Origin: Patescibacteria group bacterium
Lineage (GTDB): Bacteria > Patescibacteriota > Patescibacteriia > XYB2-FULL-38-15
Reading direction: 5' to 3'
NCBI GenBank assembly: GCA_041650995.1
Contig: JBAZJZ010000003.1
Coordinates: forward strand, 22,662-86,661
Length of the DNA stretch: 64,000 bases
Part shown: positions 29,577 to 39,014 of the stretch, one piece after another
Layout of the letters: the number at the start of each line of letters is the position of its first letter
Numbering within the stretch: the stretch's first letter is position 1
The notes under the pieces: generated by a model
Databases searched by the model: none
What the model saw: only the letters and a program-made list of their open reading frames with translations
Told to the model about the DNA's origin: nothing
Made by a program: the position numbers and the translations under genes

Positions 29577-30443
29577 ATGAAAAAGGCGGGGGAGATACAA
29601 AGGAAATCGCTTTTGTATAAAAGCGGCGTGGAGTACGCCGACTATTGTATTAATCACGCCGAAGGCTGCTCACACGGTTGCAGGTTTCCTTGCTACGCCA
29701 TGATGATGAAAAAACGGTGCGGTGTGATAAATAGTTATGAAGATTGGATCAAGCCCAAAATAGTTGCGAACGCCTTGGAACTTTTGGATAAAGAAATTCC
29801 AAAATTGAAAGATAAAATTAAAGTTGTTCACCTTTGCTTCACAACTGATCCATTCATGTATAAGCAAAAAGAAATTTCCGATTTGACTTTGAAAATTATA
29901 AAGAGACTGAACGACGATAATATAAAGTGCACGGTACTGACAAAAGGTGTCTACCCCAAGGAATTAATTGACGTTGAAAAATACGGCGGAAATAATGAGT
30001 ATGCAATCACGCTCGTATCTTTGAATGAAGGATTTAAAAAAAGATTTGAGCCGGGAGCCGCGCCGTACGAAGATAGGGTAAAATCTTTAAAATATTTGCA
30101 TGACCATGGATTGAAAACCTGGGTAAGCATGGAGCCGTACCCAACGCCGAACTTAGTGGATCAGGATTTAAAGAAAGTTTTGGCAAAGATTAATTTTGTT
30201 GATAAAATTATTTTTGGGAAATTGAATTATAACATTAAGGTGACAGAATTTCAGGACAATAAAGATTTCTACGATGGTTGCGCAAAAATTGTTATAAATT
30301 TTTGTGAGAAAAATAATATTGGATATCACATTAAATACGGAACTCAGAAAAAAGACAACAAAAAAACGGAAAAAATTTTTCGAAAGGATTTTGTTTCCGA
30401 GAAACAGAGACGGGTTGATTGTTTAGAGCCAGTATATTTATAG
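29577..30443 (+). CDS. radical SAM protein (spore photoproduct lyase-like)
   Basis: CSHGCRFPCYA, TTDPF, VLTKG, FEPGAA, TWVSMEP. Confidence 0.82.
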   Translation: MKKAGEIQRKSLLYKSGVEYADYCINHAEGCSHGCRFPCYAMMMKKRCGVINSYEDWIKPKIVANALELLDKEIPKLKDKIKVVHLCFTTDPFMYKQKEISDLTLKIIKRLNDDNIKCTVLTKGVYPKELIDVEKYGGNNEYAITLVSLNEGFKKRFEPGAAPYEDRVKSLKYLHDHGLKTWVSMEPYPTPNLVDQDLKKVLAKINFVDKIIFGKLNYNIKVTEFQDNKDFYDGCAKIVINFCEKNNIGYHIKYGTQKKDNKKTEKIFRKDFVSEKQRRVDCLEPVYL

Positions 30444-30577
30444 AAAACAGATTTTTAAAAAAGTGGCCCTTGCCACTTTTTCTTTACCGCAGCTCAAATC
30501 TCAATGTTTGTGAAGAGTGGTCTTGAATTTAAAACAAAAAGCCCCTCAAAAAGCTGACGGGAATTTTACTCAATCAA

Positions 30578-30763
30578 CTAAATTGTGGAGTCCACAATAT
30601 CAGCCGACCAAGCAATCAATTTTACTCGACTAGCAGAATTAATAGAGGCTTGCTTTGAGGAGTAAGCCTCACTCGCAGCGACCTTCTCGCCGTTTATGGC
30701 TTGAAGGCGCCATCTATGATATCCAGCAGCGTCTTTGTAAATGACGAATCGAGGATTTGTCAT
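30578..30763 (-). CDS. YegP/DUF1508 family protein
   Basis: FVIYKDAAG.HRWRLQA.NGEKVA.SE.YSSK. Confidence 0.88.
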   Translation of the reverse strand: MTNPRFVIYKDAAGYHRWRLQAINGEKVAASEAYSSKQASINSASRVKLIAWSADIVDSTI

Positions 30764-30927
30764 ATTTGTTCCGTTTATTTTTATTTAATCTAGGGAGTCG
30801 ACCTTTACGCTGCTCCCTTCTTCAAAACCTGTTTAGATTCTGAAGGAGAGAGGTAAAGGTGACTTAATCTAGAAAGAAATAAAAGTCCCGGAATATCCCG
30901 CCAGCTTTTCAAAGAGCTTTAACAGTA

Positions 30928-30956
30928 ATTTTATCAAGGATTATTTTAGGGGTCAA
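30928..30956 (-). promoter_or_regulatory. sigma70 promoter of the YegP transcript
   Basis: TTGACC-17nt-TAAAAT on the minus strand. Confidence 0.7.
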
Positions 30957-31077
30957 TGGTTTATGAAAAAAATATTTTATCTCATAATTTTTTCCATCGT
31001 AATTTTGAGATCAGCCGGTTGGCGCAAAGCAAAAAATTGTCCTTAAAAAATTTAGAACATCACAGACATAATAAAAT

Positions 31078-31584
31078 ATGACTCTTGAACAAAAAATCGC
31101 CAAAGCATTTAGGATGGATGAGAAAACTCGTCAACGACATTCAAATCCCTGGAGCGTCTATTCGCGTTTTTCCATGATCCCGCTCCTTGGTTTGGCATTC
31201 TGGAGCAGGGTATGGCTCGGTTGGTGGTCACTCGCGCTGATTGCTGTTGTGCTTTTATGGGTTTGGACAAATCCTCGAATTTTTTCTGCGCCAAAAAGTA
31301 CTAACAATTGGGCATCTAAAATAGTGCTTGGCGAATGGGTTTGGATGAATCGAAAAAACGTACCTGTGCCGACACATCATCAATACGCGCCCAATATCCT
31401 TTCCGCAATCGGAGCGATTGGCGCAATCCCTTTTATCTGGGGCCTGTACGCGCTTGAAATATGGCCGGCGGTTTTTGGCGGCGTTGTTATTGTCATAAGT
31501 AAATTGTGGTTTGCGGACCGCATGGTATGGTTATATGAAGATATGAAAGACGCCACGCCAGAATACAAAAGTTGGCTTTATTGA
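31078..31584 (+). CDS. membrane protein (DUF6653-like)
   Basis: RHSNPWSVYSRF, NPRIF..P, WASKIVLGE, KLWFADRMVWLY. Confidence 0.75.
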   Translation: MTLEQKIAKAFRMDEKTRQRHSNPWSVYSRFSMIPLLGLAFWSRVWLGWWSLALIAVVLLWVWTNPRIFSAPKSTNNWASKIVLGEWVWMNRKNVPVPTHHQYAPNILSAIGAIGAIPFIWGLYALEIWPAVFGGVVIVISKLWFADRMVWLYEDMKDATPEYKSWLY

Positions 31585-31642
31585 TTAGTTTAGTGATGTT
31601 TTTTACCCTGCAAAATTGTCCTTAAAAATAATTTAAAAATCC

Positions 31643-32290
31643 ATGAATAAATCTTTTTCAATATTTATTACAATCATTATTATCTTTGTCTTTGCCGCAA
31701 TGGCGTATTGGTTTTTAAGCACACAAATTAATCTTTCCGAAGTAAATAACCCAATTACAAATCTTGTAAACAACGCAGCGCCTAGCGCGGTTTCCGGAAA
31801 TAATTTGAATCAAAATCAGCCGAGTGGTGAAAACGTTTTGGCCACTGATGATTTTTCTTTAACTTATCCGGCTGGCTGGCGGTCGGCTCCGGCAATAACT
31901 GGCGTGTCGGCTATGATTGTCAAGGAAAATGAAAACATTGCCGATCCCGAGGCCAAGAAAATGAATTTTCAAACTTATTTGGCTGTTGCCTATGATTCCT
32001 CTGAAGGGCAAACAAAAGACGAAGTTGTGGAATATTTGAAAAACGAGTTGCGCGCGGTAATTCCCGAAATAGTTTTTTCCCGCGAGAATTTTTTAACTGT
32101 AAATGGGCGCGAAGTCTACGCCACGGAAATAACTTTCCGTAAAAGCGGACTTGATTTTCATGTGCTGGAAGTTCTTGTTTGGGGAAAAGAAAATGACCTC
32201 TGGGTGCTTTCCTACAATACTCTGGAAGAATTGTGGCAAGGATATGTTTCTGATTTTGAAAAAATTACACAGTCGTTTATTGTGAAATAA
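31643..32290 (+). CDS. membrane-anchored PsbP/DcrB-like protein
   Basis: N-terminal TM, FSLTYPAGW, C-terminal FEKITQSF. Confidence 0.7.
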   Translation: MNKSFSIFITIIIIFVFAAMAYWFLSTQINLSEVNNPITNLVNNAAPSAVSGNNLNQNQPSGENVLATDDFSLTYPAGWRSAPAITGVSAMIVKENENIADPEAKKMNFQTYLAVAYDSSEGQTKDEVVEYLKNELRAVIPEIVFSRENFLTVNGREVYATEITFRKSGLDFHVLEVLVWGKENDLWVLSYNTLEELWQGYVSDFEKITQSFIVK

Positions 32291-32301
32291 AATATAAAAA
32301 T

Positions 32302-32961
32302 ATGAACAAAACTTTACTTATCGTCGCCGTTCTTGTTTCAATCTTAATTATCGCCGGGCTTGTCGTGGGTATTTTTATTTTGCTTCCTAAAATTTTTGTC
32401 GCGCCGATATCCGCGCCGGTGGCTTGCACTCTTGAAGCTAAACTTTGTCCGGACGGAAGTTATGTCGGCCGAGTTTTGCCGAGCTGCGAATTCGCGCCGT
32501 GTCCCGATAAAATTTCATACGAAAGCGAGCCGCGTATAGAAAATAGTGAATGGAAAATTTGGAGTGATGGTGTGATAGAATTTAGTTATCCGGAAAAATT
32601 GACAGCGAAATACATTGATACTGTTGAATGGCCGCCGAAAGTGATGATCGCGACAGGCGAATTTTCTTGCGCGGAAACTCCGGCGGAAAGCAGCCTGCCG
32701 GAATTTGTGGCGCGGCGGATGGTGGATGACAGAGTTTATTGTGTGAGAGCGGTAAATGAAGCCGCGGCTGGCAGTGTTTACTCAACTTACACATATTCCA
32801 CCGCGCGCGAAGGAAACATTATTGTTTTGGATTTTATTTTGCGTTATCCGCAATGTTTAAATTATGATGATCCGCAAAAAAGTGAATGCCAAGCGGAGCG
32901 GGAAACATTTGATTTGGACAGCGTGGTAGACCGGATTGTGGAGACAGTGATAATTGAGTAA
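32302..32961 (+). CDS. membrane-anchored protein with CPR-type Cys motif
   Basis: ACTLEAKLCPDGSYVGR..CEFAPCP, FSYP. Confidence 0.75.
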   Translation: MNKTLLIVAVLVSILIIAGLVVGIFILLPKIFVAPISAPVACTLEAKLCPDGSYVGRVLPSCEFAPCPDKISYESEPRIENSEWKIWSDGVIEFSYPEKLTAKYIDTVEWPPKVMIATGEFSCAETPAESSLPEFVARRMVDDRVYCVRAVNEAAAGSVYSTYTYSTAREGNIIVLDFILRYPQCLNYDDPQKSECQAERETFDLDSVVDRIVETVIIE

Positions 32962-33105
32962 TCGGTAATTAGTAATTGAAAAGCGGTCCGAGCGGCCGCT
33001 TTTTGGTTTATAAAATTTTTTGTGGTAAAATTATAAAATAAAAATAGTTTTAATTTTTAAATTTGGGAAATTATGAAAAAACTTTTTGAAGGAGGGACAA
33101 AAGGT

Positions 33106-33159
33106 CGAATAGATCCCGCAGCATTGCAGGACCGAATAGATCCCGCAGGATTGCGGGAC
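33106..33159. repeat. 2 x 27-bp tandem repeat, each containing a TCCCGCAG-n-ATTGCRGGA palindrome
   Basis: CGAATAGATCCCGCAGCATTGCAGGAC / CGAATAGATCCCGCAGGATTGCGGGAC. Confidence 0.85.
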
Positions 33160-33204
33160 AGGCTCTTTGAAAATTCCGCCTTTGGCGGGAAAGGAGAATG
33201 GAAA

Positions 33205-33798
33205 ATGAAGAAAGGGATCATGCTCGTGACGGCACTCGTTGGCGTGCTGGTTTTGGTCGGTTGGGGTTGCGGGAATTCCGCGGCGCCCACTGACACAAAC
33301 TCGGATATGAATGTTTCCGAGACTTCCTCAGACAGCGTGCCAGAAGTCACGTCCGACACGACCGGAGAAATTCCGGCCGGTTGGACAGAGTACAGGAACG
33401 AGCAGTGGGGGGTGAATTTCATTTACCCCGCGGGCTGGCAGTACCAAGAGTATAGCGAGACAGTTGAAGGCGAAGAGGTGGCGACCCTCGCTTTCTCAGA
33501 CCAGGAGTTGCCAGAAACTTTGCCGCCAGAACCTTTGTTTCCGATCATGGTTTTCCGCGACGCGAGGACCGTAGAAAGCGCAATGTCTGACTACACGGAG
33601 GCTGTTGCTGCGGAAGATATCACGCTCGGGAGTAGAGTAGTAAAAAAGATTATTTACTACTCTAATATTCTCGAACAGAACGACAGGGTCTATCTAATTC
33701 CTCTGCGTGATGGGATTTTGAAACTCTTTGTACCAGATAGTGCGAGTTACGTTTCCACGGCTGAAACCATGATTGCCAACCTTACTGAGACAGAGTAG
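33205..33798 (+). CDS. putative lipoprotein, PsbP-like
   Basis: signal ending VLVGWGC, W.EYRN..WGVNFIYPAGW; SD AAGGAG. Confidence 0.7.
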   Translation: MKKGIMLVTALVGVLVLVGWGCGNSAAPTDTNSDMNVSETSSDSVPEVTSDTTGEIPAGWTEYRNEQWGVNFIYPAGWQYQEYSETVEGEEVATLAFSDQELPETLPPEPLFPIMVFRDARTVESAMSDYTEAVAAEDITLGSRVVKKIIYYSNILEQNDRVYLIPLRDGILKLFVPDSASYVSTAETMIANLTETE

Positions 33799-33808
33799 GA
33801 GACAGACA

Positions 33809-36388
33809 ATGGAAAAGTTCAAGATGGGCGCGCTGTGCCTGGTGTTGTGGTTTTTGTTGCCGCGCAATTCCGAGGCAGAAGAGTTTCTGTACCTGCCGAT
33901 TACCAGAACGCCGGTCATCACTTCAGGTTTCTGTGGTTACCGGACCGCGTCTGGCGCTTGCCATGGTGGTATTGACTATGACGTTCGCGACGACGGCGAT
34001 GGAATCTTCGCCGCAGCGGATGGCGTAGTTGAGGTTGCAGAAGATGGCTGGCTAAATACCTACCATGGGAGACGGGTGTATGGCAATTACGTACAAATAC
34101 TTCACGACAACGGCTATCGTACCATCTATGCCCACTTTAAAAGAGGCAGCCTGGAAGTCAGTGTGGGCGATGAGGTCAGTGTCGGTCAACTTTTAGGAAT
34201 TGGTGATAACTCTGGTTGGTCAACTGGCTCGCACCTGCACTTCGAAGTCCGCGATTCGAGCGGACGCAAGGTAGATCCTTACGGCGACAGCCCATCATAT
34301 CCAAACTGTGGCGCAAATCACCTTTGGGTAAATTGCCCACCAACAGTGTGGGTTGACGAGGACAGAGATGCCGACACATGGACAGTTGAAGAAGGCGACT
34401 GTGACGACACAAATCCCAACATCTATCCCGGCGCGGTAGAACGCTGCAACGGCGTGGATGACAATTGCGCGGATGGCGTGGACGAGGAACCAGCGGCGAG
34501 TTACGCTTGCCGCGACAGCGTGGACTGCACCATTGACGCCTGCATGGTTGGCGCGCACGTTTGTACCAACCGTCAAAATGACGCGGCTTGCGAAGACGGC
34601 GATCCCTGCACTACAAACCTCTGTATTATTCTGACCGGCTGTCGCGCGATTCCCAAGGACACGGACTTGGACGGTTTCGTGGATATTTCCTGCGGCGGCG
34701 ATGACTGCGACGATTCCAATATGGCCATCCGCCCTGATGCCGCGGAGAAGTGCAATAACATTGATGACGACTGCGACACGGAAACCGACGAAGACTGGCT
34801 GTTACTCGGAACCAGTTGTAATGTTGGCTTTGGCGAATGTCGGCGAAGCGGCATCTGGGTTTGCGAACCTCTGGAGCGCGCCACAGTCTGCGACGCCGAG
34901 TATATTTCTGGCACGCCGGAACTTTGCGACGGCCTGGACAATGATTGCGACACAGAGACTGACGAGGATTGGCCTGAGCTTGGCACGGCCTGCGGAATTT
35001 TCCCCTGCGACGGGACATATGTCTGTTCTCTTGGCGGCTCTGGTTCATACTGCAATGCCAGTCCTGGCATGCCTGAGACTTGCGACGGCCTGGACAATGA
35101 CTGCGATGGTGAAACCGATGAATCTCCGGCGGAATTTTCCTGCGGCGACGGAAATGACTGCACGGTTGATTCGTGCGTGCTTGGCGCATGCCGACATTTT
35201 TCGCGCGATCGCGACGGCGACACTCATGGCGACGACCTCTGTGGTGGTACCGATTGTAACGATCTTAACCCCGCGGTTTGGGAATACGCTTTCAGCGAAT
35301 CGCGGTTGACAAACTCGGCTGGAGATTCTAATTCCCCGGCCGTGGCGTGGACAGGTTCAGAACTTGGAATTGTTTGGGAAGATTGGCGGGCGGGCATTCC
35401 CAACGCGGAAATATACTTCGCCCGGGCAGACACTTCGCTCGCGAGAATTGGCGATGAAGTCAGAGTGACAAATGCCTCATGGGGATCGCGCGAACCGTCT
35501 CTGAGCTGGACTGGCTCAGAGTATGGTGTGGCTTGGTATGACCTTCGGGTTGACTCTCGTTCCGAAGTCTTCTTTACTCGGCTTGATTCTACTGGGCTGG
35601 AAATTGGCGATGATATCCAACTGACAGACCATTTTGCTCTTTCCGGCGCGAGTTATGAACTATCTCTCACCTGGACAGGAAGTGACTATGGCATTGTCTT
35701 TCAGGATAGCCGCCTTAGCTCAATGGATATTTTCTTCGTGCGGCTGGATTCCGGCGGGATAGCGATTGCTCCCGAAGCGCCTGCTATTTCAGACAGCGGA
35801 CCTGAGAGTTTTCCAGTTCTTGTTTGGACAGGGAGTCAATACGGTCTGGCTTACACTGTTTCAATCGACGGCTATCAGCAGATCTTCTTCGCGCGGTTTG
35901 ATTCTTCCGGTGTAAGAACAGGCGCCGTTACGAGAGTTGCCTCGTTTGATTCGGGCGGGAGATTCTACGCTGAAACAGTCGATCTCGTTTGGCAAGGCAG
36001 AGAGTTCGCTTTGGTCTGGACAAAGAACATGGCGAGCGGCGCGAGGGAGGTTTATTTCCGGAGATTGGACGCGGCTGGTGTACCACTTGCTCCTGAGGTT
36101 CTGGTTGCGACTAGTCCGGACATAATCTATCGCGTTGCCATCGCGTGGAATGGGAGAGAATACGGGGTTATTTGGCAAGAAAGTTCTGGCATGTTGGCCA
36201 ATGTTTACTTTGTCCGGCTAGCTGAAGCTGGCAGTAGGCTCGGTACGGTGATCCGGATTTCAAGTACTGCCAGAAATTCGGAAAAGGAAGTCGTGGTTTG
36301 GACCGGTCACGAGTACGTCATGGCCTGGTCGGACAATCGCGACAGCGATTGGGAGATCTACCTTGGTCGCGTCAGTTGCGGCTGGTAG
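33809..36388 (+). CDS. secreted M23 peptidase with MopE/Cys-Asp-rich repeats and a C-terminal beta-propeller-like domain
   Basis: HGGID, YAHF, GWSTGSHLHFEVR; repeated DCDD..PGA.E.C.G.DDNC; repeated WTGSEYGVAW. Confidence 0.88.
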   Translation: MEKFKMGALCLVLWFLLPRNSEAEEFLYLPITRTPVITSGFCGYRTASGACHGGIDYDVRDDGDGIFAAADGVVEVAEDGWLNTYHGRRVYGNYVQILHDNGYRTIYAHFKRGSLEVSVGDEVSVGQLLGIGDNSGWSTGSHLHFEVRDSSGRKVDPYGDSPSYPNCGANHLWVNCPPTVWVDEDRDADTWTVEEGDCDDTNPNIYPGAVERCNGVDDNCADGVDEEPAASYACRDSVDCTIDACMVGAHVCTNRQNDAACEDGDPCTTNLCIILTGCRAIPKDTDLDGFVDISCGGDDCDDSNMAIRPDAAEKCNNIDDDCDTETDEDWLLLGTSCNVGFGECRRSGIWVCEPLERATVCDAEYISGTPELCDGLDNDCDTETDEDWPELGTACGIFPCDGTYVCSLGGSGSYCNASPGMPETCDGLDNDCDGETDESPAEFSCGDGNDCTVDSCVLGACRHFSRDRDGDTHGDDLCGGTDCNDLNPAVWEYAFSESRLTNSAGDSNSPAVAWTGSELGIVWEDWRAGIPNAEIYFARADTSLARIGDEVRVTNASWGSREPSLSWTGSEYGVAWYDLRVDSRSEVFFTRLDSTGLEIGDDIQLTDHFALSGASYELSLTWTGSDYGIVFQDSRLSSMDIFFVRLDSGGIAIAPEAPAISDSGPESFPVLVWTGSQYGLAYTVSIDGYQQIFFARFDSSGVRTGAVTRVASFDSGGRFYAETVDLVWQGREFALVWTKNMASGAREVYFRRLDAAGVPLAPEVLVATSPDIIYRVAIAWNGREYGVIWQESSGMLANVYFVRLAEAGSRLGTVIRISSTARNSEKEVVVWTGHEYVMAWSDNRDSDWEIYLGRVSCGW

Positions 36389-36416
36389 GCGACGGAGAAC
36401 AGCGAAGAGCCGAAAC

Positions 36417-36459
36417 AAAACCGTTTCTCGTTGAGGGAGGAGAGACGGTTTTTATTTTT
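36417..36459 (+). terminator. intrinsic terminator
   Basis: AAAACCGTTTCTC..GAGACGGTTTTT. Confidence 0.7.
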
Positions 36460-36514
36460 GACTTTCTGCCGATTTTGCGAGATAATTTATAGATAAGAAT
36501 ATTAATTTTGAATT

Positions 36515-36766
36515 ATGAATTACGTGCAAATTCTCCAAATCACTTCTATCGCGCTTGAGGGGTTGGTCGCCCTTATTTCTGCCGTAGCCGCGTTTCGAGG
36601 CCGTTCATATATGTACGGCTTTGCTTTCACCTTCGCGATCTATGTTTTTTATGACTTGGCCAAACTTTACGGCTGGGGCGTTCCTCAAAACGCGCTATCC
36701 ATAATTTTCTTTGTTGCCACACTTTCGGCTCTGGCCTCGGTTTGGCGGATTTCAAAAAGGAGATGA
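36515..36766 (+). CDS. small membrane protein
   Basis: 3 TM, TFAIYVFYDLA. Confidence 0.75.
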   Translation: MNYVQILQITSIALEGLVALISAVAAFRGRSYMYGFAFTFAIYVFYDLAKLYGWGVPQNALSIIFFVATLSALASVWRISKRR

Positions 36767-36805
36767 TTGAATAACAAGTAATTGGAAATTGTAAGTTATT
36801 TTATA

Positions 36806-37330
36806 ATGTTTCAAAAGTTAGATAAATATTTCAAACGCCCGATAGGTTTGATTTTGATTGTTCTTTACAAGGGTGTTTGGGGTCTTGTGGAAATTATTTT
36901 AGGAATCCTTGCTCTGATTTTCAGTTCTCTGATCCGCCACGCGGCGGCGAGCGATTTTATTCGCGGTCTGATCGCCCGGGGAATCGCCGAAGATCCGCAA
37001 GGGATTTTTATTAATTGGCTTGCGGCCCATGATCCAAGCGGAATTTTACAAAAATCAATTTCTTTGGGGTTGGGCCTTATAATTTTGGGCGTGATTGATT
37101 TGGCCATTGCTATTGCCGTTTGGTTCCGTTCTTGGTTTGTCCGGGACATTGGTATTGTTTTTTTCTCCGGAGTGGCGATTTATGGCATTGCCTCGCTCGC
37201 GATTAATTTTTCTTTTTTTAAACTTTTAGCCGTCGTTTTAAATATCTCCATTCTTTTTTATTTCTGGCAGATGTTGCCAAAACATTTGGGGCAGAGAGGT
37301 AAAAGAGCAGTGAATAATAATTCTAATTAA
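36806..37330 (+). CDS. DUF2127-like membrane protein
   Basis: GLILIVLYKGVWGLVE, EDPQ, several TMs. Confidence 0.65.
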   Translation: MFQKLDKYFKRPIGLILIVLYKGVWGLVEIILGILALIFSSLIRHAAASDFIRGLIARGIAEDPQGIFINWLAAHDPSGILQKSISLGLGLIILGVIDLAIAIAVWFRSWFVRDIGIVFFSGVAIYGIASLAINFSFFKLLAVVLNISILFYFWQMLPKHLGQRGKRAVNNNSN

Positions 37331-37356
37331 TTTTTTAAAATTTAACTAACACGCGT

Positions 37357-38496
37357 ATGCGAAATAAATTTTTTGTATGCCTGGCAATTGTGGTCATGAT
37401 TTTGGTCGCCTCCCCGATTGGCGCGGCGGAATTTAAAGCCGGCGAAGAATTTGCCTTAGGTAAAGACAAAACAATTTCCGACAATCTTTATACTGTCGGA
37501 AATAACGTAATTTTGAGCGGAGTAGTCGAGGGAGATTTTCTCGCGGCGGGAGGGACAATCCTTTTTACCGGTGAAGTGGTAGAGGATTTAGCAGTGGCAG
37601 GAGGAACAGTGAGTTTGATTGGTTTGGTTGGGGGAGATATTCGGGTTATGGGCGGAACGGTGATGGTTGGCGCGGCAGTAGCCGGAGAGGCGATTGCGAT
37701 AGGCGGCCAGGTAAGCGTGTCGGAAGAGGCGACTTTTGGAAAGGACGTAACTTTGGCCGGTGGAATGGTAACTTTTTCCGGTGAGACAAAAAGCGGCCTT
37801 AAAATTTATGGTGATGAAGCGGTTATTAATGGAAAAGTTTCCGGAAATGTTTTTGCGAAAATTAGAAAATTAACGATTGGTCCCGACGCGGAAATTTCGG
37901 GCTCGCTTTCTTATGAGGCGATGGAAGAAGCTAAGATTGATCCGGCGGCTGTGATTGGTGGAGCAGTTGATTTTAAAAAAACTGAAATTCAAAAAGGGGA
38001 AGATAAAGAGGCAATCTGGGGATTTCTCTTTGGAGTTTGGTTTTTGAAATTTTTGTCAATCCTTTTGGTCGGCCTGCTTCTTTACTGGATTTTTCAGCGT
38101 CAGACAAAAGAATTTGTTAAAAGGAATTTGGAAGAGTTCGGCTGGGATTTATTGCGCGGCGCAGCCATGGCGATTTGTTTGCCGATCGCGGCGATTATTT
38201 CTTTCATCACGATAATCGGCGGCGTGCTTGGCGCGGGCGGATTGCTTTTATATTTTTTCCTCATGATTTTAAGTCCAGCCTTGGGGGGTATGGCATTTGG
38301 AAGTTTGATTTGGAAGCTTTTCTCAAAAAAGAAAGAATTCAATTTTAATTGGAAAACAGTTGTGGTTGGTATTGCGTTGATGAGTTTAATTGGATTGATT
38401 CCTGTTCTTGGTTGGGTTTTTTGTCTTGTTTTCGGCGTGGCCGCTTTCGGCGGTTTGTGGGTAGCGCTTAGAATGATGTTTTTAGAGAAAAAATAA
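37357..38496 (+). CDS. beta-helix (polymer-forming/bactofilin-like) membrane protein
   Basis: signal peptide, repeated G-D-x-x-x-A-G-G units, C-terminal TMs. Confidence 0.8.
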   Translation: MRNKFFVCLAIVVMILVASPIGAAEFKAGEEFALGKDKTISDNLYTVGNNVILSGVVEGDFLAAGGTILFTGEVVEDLAVAGGTVSLIGLVGGDIRVMGGTVMVGAAVAGEAIAIGGQVSVSEEATFGKDVTLAGGMVTFSGETKSGLKIYGDEAVINGKVSGNVFAKIRKLTIGPDAEISGSLSYEAMEEAKIDPAAVIGGAVDFKKTEIQKGEDKEAIWGFLFGVWFLKFLSILLVGLLLYWIFQRQTKEFVKRNLEEFGWDLLRGAAMAICLPIAAIISFITIIGGVLGAGGLLLYFFLMILSPALGGMAFGSLIWKLFSKKKEFNFNWKTVVVGIALMSLIGLIPVLGWVFCLVFGVAAFGGLWVALRMMFLEKK

Positions 38497-38635
38497 AAAA
38501 AGTTAAAAATAAAATAAAAAAATTGTCACTCCCGGGCGGCATCGGTGTTGATTTTTGGCGAATATTCTAAAAGTTAAGTTTGTGTTATAATAAACCAAAA
38601 TAAGACGCGTCGCAGAGCGATAAAAAGGAGAAAAT

Positions 38636-38944
38636 ATGGAGATTCAAAAAATGAAAGATTTTATGAATCCGACTGAGCTTGAGCAAAAACATACGCCGGT
38701 CATTGAACGAGTGGGAACCGGAGGGGAAGTTTTTGTTCGGGTCGGGCTTGTGCCGCATCCAATGGAAGAGGGGCATCATATTATGTGGATTGAGCTTTAC
38801 CGAAATAAGGCGCTGGTGGAACGAAAAAATCTTGAAGTCGGCAAGCGTGCCGAGGCAGTTTTTGAAATTCCGGATTTAAAACCGGAAGACATTCTTGTGG
38901 CTCGGGAGGAATGCAATATCCATGGGTTGTGGGAAAGCGTTTAA
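38636..38944 (+). CDS. superoxide reductase (neelaredoxin, 1Fe-SOR)
   Basis: EQKHTP, HPMEEGHHI.WI, CNIHGLW. Confidence 0.92.
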   Translation: MEIQKMKDFMNPTELEQKHTPVIERVGTGGEVFVRVGLVPHPMEEGHHIMWIELYRNKALVERKNLEVGKRAEAVFEIPDLKPEDILVAREECNIHGLWESV

Positions 38945-39014
38945 ACAGTTTATGGTTCACGGTTAAAAGTTCATAGACTTTTGTACTCTATGAACTAATA
39001 ACTATTAACTCAAT

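Noticed and set aside
30541-30917. MITE or IS ends around yegP
   Set aside because: Mismatches are strand-specific G.U pairs, with no target duplication or transposase; RNA pairing fits better.
33106-33159. possible mini-CRISPR
   Set aside because: Two abutting repeats with no spacer; no cas genes in the window.
34380-35290. DNA repeats (TGCGACGGCCTGGACAATGA) and long antisense ORFs
   Set aside because: Explained by MopE-type protein repeats and GC-rich codon bias; no reverse transcriptase and no adenine-specific mismatch pattern seen for a DGR.
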